NCBI GenBank assembly: GCA_934169745.1
Contig: CAKPOE010000001.1
Coordinates: 200,856 to 264,855, forward strand
Source: an uncultured Clostridia bacterium
GTDB lineage: Bacteria > Bacillota > Clostridia > TANB77 > UBA1234
Length of the DNA: 64,000 nucleotides
Direction of reading: 5' to 3'
Within the stretch, counting starts at the first letter, position 1; each line of letters starts with the position of its first letter. This document shows, piece after piece, positions 1-9,229 of the stretch. A model generated the notes under the pieces. That model searched no databases, was not told the DNA's origin, and saw only the letters and a list, made by a program, of their open reading frames with translations. A program made the position numbers and the translations under genes.

Positions 1-117
1 AGAGGACTTCTTGATCAGTTATTAGTTCTTGAGAATCCTTTTACTTGTCCTCATGGAAGACCAACAGCTATAAGAATTACCAAGATGGAAATTGAAAAGA
101 AATTTGGTAGAAGATAA
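1..117 (+). CDS. mutL: DNA mismatch repair protein MutL, C-terminal fragment (5' end outside window)
   Basis: The frame is open from base 1. The translation ...[25 protein letters not shown] matches the conserved MutL C-terminal CPHGRP motif. miaA lies downstream, as in the mutS-mutL-miaA synteny. Confidence 0.8.
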   Translation, partial: RGLLDQLLVLENPFTCPHGRPTAIRITKMEIEKKFGRR

Positions 118-138
118 TTAAGAATAAAGGAGATTTTA

Positions 139-1047
139 ATGAAGCCAAAAGTAATTGTTATTGTGGGACCGACAGCTTCTGGAAAATCAGATTGCGCGAT
201 TGAATTAGCAAAAAGAATTGATGGTGAAATAGTATCGGCTGATTCTATGCAGATATATAGAGAAATGAATATAGGAACCGCAAAAGTTACAAACGAAGAA
301 ATGTCAGGTGTTAAGCACTATATGATAAATATTGTAAACCCAGATGAAGACTTTAATGTTGCTATGTATAAGAAAATGGCAGAAGAAGCACTAGAGGAAA
401 TTGTTTCAAAAGGTAAGACGCCTATTGTTGTAGGTGGTACAGGTCTTTATATAAACACACTTGTTAATGGTATAGAATTTTCAGAGATTGATAAGGACGA
501 AGAATATAGAAAAGAACTTGAGAATAGAGTGAGTGCCGAAGGCATAGATAGCATATATGAAGAGTTAAAAAGTGTAGACCCAGAGGCAGCAAATATAATT
601 GATAAAAATAATGTGAGAAGGGTTATAAGAGCATTAGAGATTTATAAAGTAACAGGAAAAACCAAAACTGAACTTGATAAAGAATCAATAAAAGAAACTA
701 AATTTGATTTTTTGATGTACGGTATTAAAACAGATAGAGAAGAGTTGTATAATAGAATTAACAAAAGAATTGATTATATGATGGAGCAGGGGCTTGTAAG
801 CGAAGTTGAGGAATTGAATAAAAAGTATAAAATGTCTAAAACAGCTCTTCAAGGTCTTGGTTATAAAGAAGTAATAGAATATATAAATGGAAATTGTAAT
901 TATGATGAAATGATAGAAAAACTAAAAATGGAAACAAGAAGATATGCTAAGAGACAGATAACGTGGTTTAAACGTGATGAGAGAATAACGTGGGTACCAA
1001 AGGAAAAATTGGTAGGCGTGATAATGCAACAAATAAGCTATTCATAA
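139..1047 (+). CDS. miaA: tRNA dimethylallyltransferase
   Basis: 302 aa. N-terminal P-loop VIVGPTASGKS and the DSMQIYREMNIGTAK motif typical of MiaA. RBS AGGAG upstream. Confidence 0.92.
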   Translation: MKPKVIVIVGPTASGKSDCAIELAKRIDGEIVSADSMQIYREMNIGTAKVTNEEMSGVKHYMINIVNPDEDFNVAMYKKMAEEALEEIVSKGKTPIVVGGTGLYINTLVNGIEFSEIDKDEEYRKELENRVSAEGIDSIYEELKSVDPEAANIIDKNNVRRVIRALEIYKVTGKTKTELDKESIKETKFDFLMYGIKTDREELYNRINKRIDYMMEQGLVSEVEELNKKYKMSKTALQGLGYKEVIEYINGNCNYDEMIEKLKMETRRYAKRQITWFKRDERITWVPKEKLVGVIMQQISYS

Positions 1048-1068
1048 AATATATTTTAGGAGTTAAGT

Positions 1069-2340
1069 ATGCAAAAGAAAAGAAATCAATATAAACAAAA
1101 TGTAATTTTTGTTATTTTATCGATTTTAATAATTTTACTTGTAATGTTTCTAATTAGAGTAATTGGACTGCTGAAGAAACCAACACTAACAACGATAGTA
1201 AAGAATGGTGAACTGACGAAATATGAGGAAGTTGTTGGGTACGTGATAAGAGATGAAGAAATTGTTGATACGAGTGCATATAGTGGAATTGTAAATACAA
1301 CAATCTCCGATGGAAATCGTGTTGCAAATGGAGGAACAATTCTTTCTTATGTTTCAAATACTGAGAAAAAATTAGTGAAAAAAATATCTGATTTAGATGC
1401 AAAAATACAAGAAACAATGGATAACCAACAAAATATTTTTGACTATAATAGCGATGTTAAAAATATTGAATCAGAAATAAAAACTAATTTATATGAAGCA
1501 GTAAAAGCAAGGAAAGATGTATATTCTGCTCATGAATACAAAACGACTATAAATCAACTTATTCAGAAGAAGGCTAAGATCGTTGGTGATTTAAGTCCTG
1601 CCGGTTCAAAACTAAAGGAACTTATAGAAGAAAGACTTGGATATGAAAAAGATTTAAATGGTGCTAAGCAGATTTTAAAATCTCCCAAGGCAGGAATGGT
1701 TTCTTATAGGGTGGACGGTTATGAAAATGTTTTGACACCAGATTGTTTATCAAGTTTAACAATAAAAGAATTAGAAAAGTTAAAAGTGAATATGGGTCAA
1801 ATAATTCCTATTGATACTTCAAAAGTGAAGATTATAGATAATTTTTATTGTTACATAGCAATTCCAACAAATTCAAGTGAAGGAAAGTCAGCACAGTTAA
1901 ATGATAAGATAAGATTGAGGTTTGACAATACGAATGATGATTTAGTCTCTGCAACAGTCGAGTATATATCTGATGAAGAAAATACTAGACTCATAATTGT
2001 AAAAATAACTTCTAATGTTGAAGAACTTATAAAATATAGAAAAATAAATCTTGATGTTGTTTGGTGGCGAGATACTGGACTAAAAGTTCCAAATGATGCT
2101 ATAAGGTATACTGACATAAAAAATGAGAAAACGGGAGAGGTCATCAAGAATGTTGCAACTGTTACAATTCAAAAATCATCATATACTGAAAGTGTTTGGG
2201 TAAAAGTAATAAGACAAGCAAATACAGCTTCCATAATAGAAAATTATACAGATGAAGAATTACTAGAAATGGGAGTAAGCGAAGATGTAGTAAATAATAG
2301 GTCAACAATAAAATTGTATAATGATGTTGTTTTAAACTAA
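1069..2340 (+). CDS. hypothetical membrane-anchored coiled-coil protein (HlyD/membrane-fusion-like)
   Basis: 423 aa with an N-terminal TM helix, a long coiled-coil segment and beta-rich C-terminus. No catalytic motif recognised. Confidence 0.4.
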   Translation: MQKKRNQYKQNVIFVILSILIILLVMFLIRVIGLLKKPTLTTIVKNGELTKYEEVVGYVIRDEEIVDTSAYSGIVNTTISDGNRVANGGTILSYVSNTEKKLVKKISDLDAKIQETMDNQQNIFDYNSDVKNIESEIKTNLYEAVKARKDVYSAHEYKTTINQLIQKKAKIVGDLSPAGSKLKELIEERLGYEKDLNGAKQILKSPKAGMVSYRVDGYENVLTPDCLSSLTIKELEKLKVNMGQIIPIDTSKVKIIDNFYCYIAIPTNSSEGKSAQLNDKIRLRFDNTNDDLVSATVEYISDEENTRLIIVKITSNVEELIKYRKINLDVVWWRDTGLKVPNDAIRYTDIKNEKTGEVIKNVATVTIQKSSYTESVWVKVIRQANTASIIENYTDEELLEMGVSEDVVNNRSTIKLYNDVVLN

Positions 2341-2467
2341 TGTTACAGGAATGTTACGAAAATATTAAAAAAAAATTACAACCTTAGTATTTGTTGACTT
2401 TACAGGAAAAAAATATAAAATAGAATTATACAAAAGATGAGAAAGTTATTCAGGGAGGTCTAAATTA

Positions 2468-2920
2468 ATGGGTAATAAATTTGTTAACAAAATCTGGAAT
2501 TTGCTTGGCGTTGAGAATGAGGAAGATGTTGAAGATTACAATGATGGAGAGTTAAATTACGATACAGAAGAAAAAGAATATACAGCACCACTTTCTAATA
2601 AGAAGACTAAAGTTGTAGGAATGCCAGGTGTTCCACAGGTGAAAGTCATTATCTCGCAACCTAACACTTTTGAGCAATCAGAGGAAATATGCGAGCACCT
2701 TAAAGAAAAGAAGTCTGTTATAGTTAATTTAGAATATGTAAATAAAGATGTTGCTAGAAGAATAATTGATTTTATTAGTGGAGCAGTATATGCTTTGGAT
2801 GGAAATATTCAAAAGATTTCTAATTCGATTTTCTTAATAGCACCATTTAATTATGAAATTACAAATGAAGTATTAAAAGAAGATATAAAAAATAAGTTAT
2901 CTGTATCATGGATAAAATAA
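2468..2920 (+). CDS. sepF: cell division protein SepF
   Basis: 150 aa. The conserved SepF/DUF552 core (VVNLEYVNKDVARRIIDFISGAVYALDGNIQKIS) is present and divIVA lies downstream. Confidence 0.85.
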   Translation: MGNKFVNKIWNLLGVENEEDVEDYNDGELNYDTEEKEYTAPLSNKKTKVVGMPGVPQVKVIISQPNTFEQSEEICEHLKEKKSVIVNLEYVNKDVARRIIDFISGAVYALDGNIQKISNSIFLIAPFNYEITNEVLKEDIKNKLSVSWIK

Positions 2921-2937
2921 GGAAGTAGGAGGTTTGT

Positions 2938-3393
2938 ATGATTACTCCTTTAGATATTGAAAACAAAACTTTTAATAAACAGTTAGTAAATGGATATAGT
3001 ACAGAAGAAGTGCATGAGTTTATGACGGCACTACTTAAAGACTATGAAAAAATTTACAAAGAGAATATTGAATATAAAGATAAGATTGCAGTATTAAATC
3101 AAGGAATTCAGCATTATAAATCAATTGAAGATACACTACAAAATGCTTTGATTGTAGCTCAGGGAACGGCAGATTCTGTAAAACAAAATGCGAAAGCAGA
3201 AGCGGATAATATTGTTAAAGAAGCTGAAATAAATGCTATGAAAGCTGTTGACGATATAAATCAAAAGGCTATAGAGAAGCAGATGCAACTTGATGAGGCA
3301 AAGAAACAATTTGATATTTATAAAGCTAAAATGGAATCATTATTAATTTCACAACTTGAAATACTAAAAGAAATAAACAGAGACCAGGGCTAG
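2938..3393 (+). CDS. divIVA: DivIVA-domain cell division protein
   Basis: 151 aa. N-terminal MITPLDIENKTFNKQLVNGYSTEEVHEFM is the canonical DivIVA domain, followed by coiled coil. Confidence 0.8.
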   Translation: MITPLDIENKTFNKQLVNGYSTEEVHEFMTALLKDYEKIYKENIEYKDKIAVLNQGIQHYKSIEDTLQNALIVAQGTADSVKQNAKAEADNIVKEAEINAMKAVDDINQKAIEKQMQLDEAKKQFDIYKAKMESLLISQLEILKEINRDQG

Positions 3394-3450
3394 CACCTGG
3401 TTGATTTTATATAATAGGAAAGTTATGCATATTAGAATTAAGGAGGAAAC

Positions 3451-4221
3451 ATGAAAAAAATATTATTTATAATTTTGAGTATAGTGTTGGCTTTTTCATT
3501 AGTAGCATGTAATACCACAAAAGAGCCAGAAGTTAACCCAAATGATAATCCAAATAAACAGGAGGAAAACGTGAATAATAAATATAAAGATGTTACACAA
3601 AATCCTGTTGTAACAATGACGATGGAAAATGGTGATGTAGTAAAAATAGAGCTTTATCCACAAATAGCACCTCAAACTGTTGAAAATTTTGTTTCATTAG
3701 TTAAAAGTGGTTTCTATGATGGATTAACATTCCATCGTGTAATACCAGGATTTATGGCTCAAGGCGGAGATCCTGAGGGAAACGGAACTGGTGGAGCTAG
3801 CTATGAAATATTTGGTGAATTCAAAGAAAATGGATTTACTAACGAATTATCACACGATGTTGGCGTTATTTCAATGGCAAGAGCACAAGATTACAATTCT
3901 GCAAGTTCTCAATTCTTTATTGTTACCGATGCTCAAGCCAAGAGTAGCTTGGACGGATTATATGCTGGCTTTGGAAAAGTTATAGAAGGAATGGATGCGG
4001 TTTATACGATTGTTAATGCAGATGTAATAAGAAGAGATTATTCTGATGATTTTTATAATGCTTATGTACAAGCGGGACAACAATTAGAAGTTGGAACAGA
4101 TTTGTATGAACAATATATAAAGGAGACAATGGAAATTGACAAACCAGCAACACCACCTGTAATAAAAACAATGACAGTTGAGACGTTTGGCGTTGAGTAT
4201 GATGAGCCAACAAAGTATTAA
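3451..4221 (+). CDS. lipoprotein peptidyl-prolyl cis-trans isomerase (cyclophilin type)
   Basis: Signal peptide with lipobox LVAC. Cyclophilin motif FHRVIPGFMAQGGDPEGNGTGG is present. Confidence 0.85.
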   Translation: MKKILFIILSIVLAFSLVACNTTKEPEVNPNDNPNKQEENVNNKYKDVTQNPVVTMTMENGDVVKIELYPQIAPQTVENFVSLVKSGFYDGLTFHRVIPGFMAQGGDPEGNGTGGASYEIFGEFKENGFTNELSHDVGVISMARAQDYNSASSQFFIVTDAQAKSSLDGLYAGFGKVIEGMDAVYTIVNADVIRRDYSDDFYNAYVQAGQQLEVGTDLYEQYIKETMEIDKPATPPVIKTMTVETFGVEYDEPTKY

Positions 4222-4231
4222 TTTTGAGATT

Positions 4232-4262
4232 GAAAGTGACCAATTATTTGGTCACTTTTTCT
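4232..4262 (+). terminator. rho-independent terminator
   Basis: Hairpin aaagtgacc-aattatttg-ggtcacttt followed by a T-run. Confidence 0.6.
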
Positions 4263-4329
4263 TGACTTTAATTACGAACTAATGTATGCTATTTTATGTG
4301 ACAAAACAAATAATGAGGTGAGTGATAAT

Positions 4330-4929
4330 ATGTATGCATATATAAAAGGAATTTTAGAATTTAAAGGTAATGATTTTGTTGTTATAGATGTTAATGGAGT
4401 GGGATACAAAGTTTTTACACCTTTAAGTACGATTGAAAAGTTAGGAGATTTGGGTAGTGCAGTTAAAGTACATACACATTTACGTGTTAAAGAAGATGAT
4501 ATGAGTTTGTACGGTTTCTATAGTCAGGAAGAACTTAGAATGTTTGAGTTATTGATTGGCGTTAGTGGAATAGGGGCAAAATCGGCAAATACAATTTTGG
4601 CCAATATAAGCCCATCAAAATTTGCTCTTGCGGTTATAACTGATGATGTAAAAGAACTTACTAAACTTCCTGGTATTGGACTGAAATCTGCCCAAAGAAT
4701 GGTATTAGAACTGAAAGATAAATTAAAAACAGAAGAAACAATTGCAGATGAAAATGTGGAAATTGGACCTATTGTTAAATCTGATAACAATGCACAAGAA
4801 GCTATTTCTGCTTTGCAAGTTTTAGGCTATCCTATTAAGGAAGCAACAAAGGCCGTAACAGCTGTGAAGGCTGATGGAATGAATGTAGAAGAAATAATTA
4901 AGAAGGCATTAGTATATTTTACAAAGTAA
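4330..4929 (+). CDS. ruvA: Holliday junction DNA helicase RuvA
   Basis: MYAYIKG... start with RBS GAGGTGAGTGA. The ORF-track start at 4282 lacks an RBS. RuvA domain I/II signature ELLIGVSGIGAKSANTIL is present. Confidence 0.9.
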   Translation: MYAYIKGILEFKGNDFVVIDVNGVGYKVFTPLSTIEKLGDLGSAVKVHTHLRVKEDDMSLYGFYSQEELRMFELLIGVSGIGAKSANTILANISPSKFALAVITDDVKELTKLPGIGLKSAQRMVLELKDKLKTEETIADENVEIGPIVKSDNNAQEAISALQVLGYPIKEATKAVTAVKADGMNVEEIIKKALVYFTK

Positions 4930-4941
4930 GGAGAATGAGGT

Positions 4942-6189
4942 ATGGAACAACCATTGGCATATAGAATGTCGCCAGAGACGTTGGATGAATATGTGGGACA
5001 AGAACATATAATATCAAAAGATAAAATGTTATATAGATTGATTAAGGCGGACAGATTATCGAGCATTATTTTATGGGGACCTCCTGGCTGCGGAAAAACA
5101 TCACTTGCTAGAGTTATTGCAAAGTCTACTAAAAACAAGTTTGAAAAACTTAATGCAGTGGCAGCAGGTGTTGGTGATATAAAAAAGATAGTAGAGGAAG
5201 CTAAAAATTTGTTTATGAATCCATCTGGAAGAGTAGTACTATTTATTGATGAGATTCACAGATTTAATAAATTGCAACAAGATGCACTTCTTCCTTATGT
5301 TGAAGACGGAACAGTTATACTTATAGGAGCAACTACAGAAAATCCGTACTTTTCTGTTAATAAAGCTCTAATTTCACGTTCTACAGTTTTTATGTTGAAA
5401 CCTTTGACAGAAGAAAATGTTTATACAGTATTAAAAAATGCAATTGAAAATAAGGAAAAAGGTTTGGGCAAATATAATCTACGTGTTGAAGATGATGTAC
5501 TAAAATATATTGCTACGCTTTCTGGCGGTGATGTTAGAGTAGCGTTAAATGCCTTAGAGATTGCTGTACTTACGACTGATATGAATGCAAATGGCGAAAT
5601 AGAAATAACAAAAGAAATAGCAATGGAATGTGTACAGAAAAAAATAGCACAGTTTGATAAAAATGGAGACAGTCATTACGATAATATAAGTGCTTTTATA
5701 AAATCTATGCGTGGAGGCGATACGGACGCGGTACTATTTTATTTGGCACGAGCTTTGTATGCTGGAGAAGACCCTATGTTTTTGGCAAGACGTATAGCTA
5801 TTTGTGCTTCAGAAGATGTCGGAATGGCTAACTCAAATGCTTTAGTTGTTGCTAATGCTGCTATGCAAGCGATTCATCAAATAGGAATGCCAGAAGCAAG
5901 AATCTTGCTGGCACATGCAGCAACTTATGTGGCAAGAAGTCCAAAATCAAATGCGGCGTATTTAGGATTGGATAAGGCTCTTCATGATGTCGAGAATATG
6001 GATACAGGACTAATTCCAATGCATATAAGAAATGCTCCTGCTGAAGGAATGTCAAAAGAAGGTTATGGAGTTGGTTATAAGTATCCTCACGATTATCCAA
6101 ATCATGAAGTCGAACAACAATATTTACCAGACAAGATGGTTGGAACAAAATATTATATACCAGATGAAACAGAAGAAAAATTGAAATAA
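4942..6189 (+). CDS. rarA: replication-associated recombination protein A (RarA/MgsA AAA+ ATPase)
   Basis: 415 aa. Walker A ILWGPPGCGKTSLA, arginine finger DEIHRFNK and C-terminal MHIRNAPAEGMSKEGYGVGYKYPHDYP are RarA-specific and not RuvB-like. Confidence 0.88.
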   Translation: MEQPLAYRMSPETLDEYVGQEHIISKDKMLYRLIKADRLSSIILWGPPGCGKTSLARVIAKSTKNKFEKLNAVAAGVGDIKKIVEEAKNLFMNPSGRVVLFIDEIHRFNKLQQDALLPYVEDGTVILIGATTENPYFSVNKALISRSTVFMLKPLTEENVYTVLKNAIENKEKGLGKYNLRVEDDVLKYIATLSGGDVRVALNALEIAVLTTDMNANGEIEITKEIAMECVQKKIAQFDKNGDSHYDNISAFIKSMRGGDTDAVLFYLARALYAGEDPMFLARRIAICASEDVGMANSNALVVANAAMQAIHQIGMPEARILLAHAATYVARSPKSNAAYLGLDKALHDVENMDTGLIPMHIRNAPAEGMSKEGYGVGYKYPHDYPNHEVEQQYLPDKMVGTKYYIPDETEEKLK

Positions 6190-6201
6190 AATTGATTAGA
6201 A

Positions 6202-6588
6202 ATGAATAAAAAGAAAAATACACTTCATAATATATATGAGGTGTATTTTTTGATTTATGCTATTGGTTTAATTGGGGGCTTACTTGGTGGCATGTTTGGT
6301 GCTGGTAGCGGATTAATAATTTTGCCAGCCATGATAAAGTTTTTAAAAGTTGATGAATATAAGGCTAGAGGGACAACTTTAGCTGTTGTACTTATAATTA
6401 CTGTAGCAAGTGCGTTTATGTATTATAAAAATAATTTTTTTGATTTTAGCATTGCGACATATATAATTATAGGAGGAATAATTGGTGGATATTTAGGTGC
6501 AAAAATAATGAGAAAAATATCAAAATTTTGGCTATCAATATTTTTTTATGCATTTATGATTTTTGTAGGATTTAGAATGATATTATAA
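6202..6588 (+). CDS. TauE/SafE (DUF81) family membrane protein, N-terminal half-length unit
   Basis: 128 aa, ~4 TM helices, G-rich motif GGLLGGMFGAGSGLIILP typical of TauE repeat 1. Confidence 0.6.
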   Translation: MNKKKNTLHNIYEVYFLIYAIGLIGGLLGGMFGAGSGLIILPAMIKFLKVDEYKARGTTLAVVLIITVASAFMYYKNNFFDFSIATYIIIGGIIGGYLGAKIMRKISKFWLSIFFYAFMIFVGFRMIL

Positions 6589-6602
6589 AGTGAGAGATAA
6601 TT

Positions 6603-6965
6603 ATGTTTTTGATTTTGACAGGTGTAGTGTCAGGAATAATTTCTGGACTTGGAATGGGTGGAGGTACCATTTTAATAATCATATTAACTAATATTTTGAA
6701 TTATGAACAGCATATAGCTCAAGCTAGTAACATATTATTCTTTATACCAACATCACTTATGGCTATTTGGGTGCATTTTAAGCAAAATGATATTGATAAA
6801 AGTTTGATTTTAAAATTAGCAATTCCTGGCGTTATTGGAGGAATTATTGGTTCATATGTGTCTGGGATTATAGAGGCAAATAATTTAAAAAAATTTTTTG
6901 GAGTTTTTCTGCTAATTGTTGGAACGTATGAAATAATAACAACTGTAAAAAATAGAAGTAGATAG
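6603..6965 (+). CDS. TauE/SafE (DUF81) family membrane protein, C-terminal half-length unit
   Basis: 120 aa, ~4 TM helices, GLGMGGGTILIIIL motif typical of TauE repeat 2. Its own RBS gagag. Different frame from the upstream half. Confidence 0.6.
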   Translation: MFLILTGVVSGIISGLGMGGGTILIIILTNILNYEQHIAQASNILFFIPTSLMAIWVHFKQNDIDKSLILKLAIPGVIGGIIGSYVSGIIEANNLKKFFGVFLLIVGTYEIITTVKNRSR

Positions 6966-7034
6966 TATTAAATATTTTATGAAAAATTGTAGCGGAGCAC
7001 AGTGAGCTCCAGCAATTCAAAGGAGGAAAATAAA

Positions 7035-7178
7035 ATGAAGAATTTAGTTACTGGTATGTTTATTGGAGCATTACTTGGCGGTATGGTTGGAACTGTTGCA
7101 AGTGATGAAATATATGATATGAGTAGAAAGATTGTGAAAAACAGCAAAAAAATGATGAAAAAGCATAATTGGATGTAA
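7035..7178 (+). CDS. small glycine-zipper membrane peptide (47 aa), below ORF-track cutoff
   Basis: MKNLVTGMFIGALLGGMVGTVASDEIYDMSRKIVKNSKKMMKKHNWM*. Strong RBS AGGAGGAAAATAAAATG. GxxxG-type TM helix plus basic tail. Hairpin ggagcacagtgagctcc upstream. Confidence 0.5.
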   Translation: MKNLVTGMFIGALLGGMVGTVASDEIYDMSRKIVKNSKKMMKKHNWM

Positions 7179-7264
7179 TAATTTGTTAATTATGGGCTGC
7201 CTTTGGCAGCAAATACATAAAATAATCATTGATATTTGAAAATATAAATGTTATCATAATATTC

Positions 7265-7795
7265 AAGTGGTGTGCTATTCTAGTTATTGCTATGGATTGC
7301 GAGGGCGGGCCTAAAAATCCGCTGAAAGGGCATATCGATGAAGTTCTTTAGTCTGGCTCGCGACGCCCAGTCGAGGGTCTTTCTAGGGAGTAAGGTTTAA
7401 GGGCGATCTGCAACGGCATGTAGGCGTTGACCCTTCTACCGTGGAGACATATAGTATTTTGTACTATATGATAAACCTGCAAGGCCAATACTATAGTATC
7501 TGGTACACAGCGTAGCCTTCCTTGAGTGGTGGTGGCGAATAGAAATTGAAACCATTACTGCAAAAGAGGATAAACAATCATTTTAGCAATGTCAAGGAAA
7601 ACTTCTAGAGCATTCTTATAAAGAGATGTTTTGAGGATTGAGGTGTGGACTAAGTGGTAATCCAGGCTCTCTAACGGTAACGTGGAGATGCTACTTTTAA
7701 AGGGAAACCACTGAGATGGCGATATCTTAGTAAGTAGTAGGGAAATCCTTCTGGACCTAAGCCGCAAAATTTACTCATTACATTACCACTTATTA
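7265..7795 (+). ncRNA. candidate OLE (ornate large extremophilic) RNA
   Basis: ~530 nt with no credible ORF. GC content is far above the local ~30%, with many nested GC helices (e.g. gcgagggcgggcc, ggctcgcgacgcccagtcgagg). Putative sigma-A promoter TTGATA-17-TATCAT at ~7230-7262. A small 4-TM membrane protein (OapA-like) lies immediately downstream and spoIIIA is nearby, matching the known OLE neighbourhood. RNase P and tmRNA motifs are absent. Confidence 0.45.
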
Positions 7796-7814
7796 ATTTT
7801 AAAGGTGAGTGAAA

Positions 7815-8354
7815 ATGTCAAATAAAAATGAATCGGATAGTCAGCATAAATGGTTAATAAAAATATTTTTTATAACCTTTATACTGTCTTTAATTTTTAA
7901 CTCTTTATCAACAGAGTTTGTAGAAAATTTAAATATTATATGGTCAATATTAATCTTAGTATTAGTAATTTTAACAGGTATAGTATCTGACTTGATTGCA
8001 ACCGCCGTGACTGCTGCGGATGAAACACCATTTCATGCAAAAGCCGCAGACAAAAAGAAAGGAGCTAAACAGTCAGTAAAGCTTGTAAGAAATGCAGATA
8101 AAGTTTCAAACGTATGTGGTGACGTTGTTGGAGATATTTGTGGAATACTTAGTGGAGCAACTAGTGCACTTATTTCTGTTAATATATCAGCTGCATTAGG
8201 CATGAATGATATAACTATTGTTACAATGCTTGTAACTGCCATAGTAACTTCTCTTACCGTTCTTGGAAAAGGATTTGGTAAACACTTGGGAATTACTAGA
8301 GCAGATGAGATTGTAACTATATTGGGTAAAGTGATTTCTATTTTTTCAAAGTAA
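7815..8354 (+). CDS. OapA-like small polytopic membrane protein (OLE-associated protein candidate)
   Basis: ~180 aa, 4 predicted TM helices, conserved acidic patches (DLIATAVTAADETPFHAKAAD, CGDVVGDICG). Positioned directly 3' of the structured RNA. Confidence 0.45.
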   Translation: MSNKNESDSQHKWLIKIFFITFILSLIFNSLSTEFVENLNIIWSILILVLVILTGIVSDLIATAVTAADETPFHAKAADKKKGAKQSVKLVRNADKVSNVCGDVVGDICGILSGATSALISVNISAALGMNDITIVTMLVTAIVTSLTVLGKGFGKHLGITRADEIVTILGKVISIFSK

Positions 8355-8409
8355 TACATAAAATCATCCTTTGTTGTCAATAATAGTAATATAAATTGAC
8401 ATATAAAGG

Positions 8410-9090
8410 GTGATTTTTTTGTATAGAAAAATAATAATTTTTGGTTTGATTTTAATTAATATTTTGGCAGTGTCTTTGATTGCTTTTACGAATCACAATG
8501 AAGTCAAGGAAGTTGTATCAAAATTTGGTTCCAGTGGCAATGAAGTTAAACAAATACAAACTAAATTAAAGAATTGGGGATATTATAGTGGCGATATAGA
8601 TGGAATCTATGGCAGTAGAACAACAAGTGCAGTGAAGAAATTTCAAAAAAGTAATGGACTTACTGTTGATGGAATTGCTGGTACAGCTACATTAAAAGCT
8701 ATGGGTATATCTTCGAGTTCTTCTGCTACAAGTAACAATCAATCAAATTTAAACTTGTTAGCAAGAGCTATTTATGGAGAAGCAAGAGGCGAACCATATG
8801 AGGGAATGGTTGCTGTTGCAGCGGTTATACTAAACAGAGTTAGAAGTTCAAATTTTCCTAGTAGTGTAGCTGGTGTAATATATCAACCAGGAGCGTTTAC
8901 AGCGGTTGATGATGGACAGATAAATTTGAAACCAAATCAAACTGCATATAGAGCGGCACAAGACGCACTAAATGGTTGGGATCCAAGCGGAGGAGCATTA
9001 TACTACTTTAATCCAAATACAGCAACAAATAAATGGATATGGTCACGCCCATTAACAGTAGTAATCGGAAAACATAGATTTTGCAAATAA
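8410..9090 (+). CDS. sleB: spore cortex-lytic enzyme SleB (PG-binding domain + SleB/CwlJ hydrolase domain)
   Basis: N-terminal signal/TM, PG_binding_1 motif (GIYGSRTTSAVKKFQKSNGLTVDGIAG), Hydrolase_2 motif (LLARAIYGEARGEPYEGMVAVAAVILNRV). Start is ambiguous (GTG 8410 or TTG 8419). Confidence 0.85.
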   Translation: MIFLYRKIIIFGLILINILAVSLIAFTNHNEVKEVVSKFGSSGNEVKQIQTKLKNWGYYSGDIDGIYGSRTTSAVKKFQKSNGLTVDGIAGTATLKAMGISSSSSATSNNQSNLNLLARAIYGEARGEPYEGMVAVAAVILNRVRSSNFPSSVAGVIYQPGAFTAVDDGQINLKPNQTAYRAAQDALNGWDPSGGALYYFNPNTATNKWIWSRPLTVVIGKHRFCK

Positions 9091-9229
9091 ATTATTGTAG
9101 GGTCATTAGTGACCCTACAGTTAATGCTTTTTCATATGATAAATCTTTAATTTTCAGTTTTCTTGTCGATGAGTTTTTGTTCTATTTTTGAATATTTTTT
9201 CATATATATGTATTAGAGGTGATTGGAGT

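Noticed and set aside
1154-2147. Minus-strand ORFs 1154-1417 and 1851-2147
   Set aside because: They are embedded antisense in the 1069-2340 gene, have low-complexity translations and lack an RBS.
4282-4329. Extended ruvA start at 4282
   Set aside because: RuvA homology and the RBS support ATG 4330.
7555-7767. 70-aa minus-strand ORF inside the GC-rich structured region
   Set aside because: It has no RBS. Its composition is driven by the RNA helices. It lies antisense within the candidate OLE RNA, and the region is better explained as ncRNA.
7265-7795. Alternative identities for the structured RNA (RNase P RNA, tmRNA, group II intron)
   Set aside because: It has no GGAAAGUCC/ACAGAA..GGCUUA P4 elements. 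There is no tRNA-like 3' end CUCCACCA and no tag-peptide reading frame ending in AA-stop. There is no domain V/GUGYG 5' end. The length and the OapA-like neighbour fit OLE better. This should still be confirmed with covariance models.
9188-9229. Extended N-terminus of spoIIIAA from ATG 9188
   Set aside because: Homology to SpoIIIAA begins at MYEKIF (9230), and the extension lacks an RBS.
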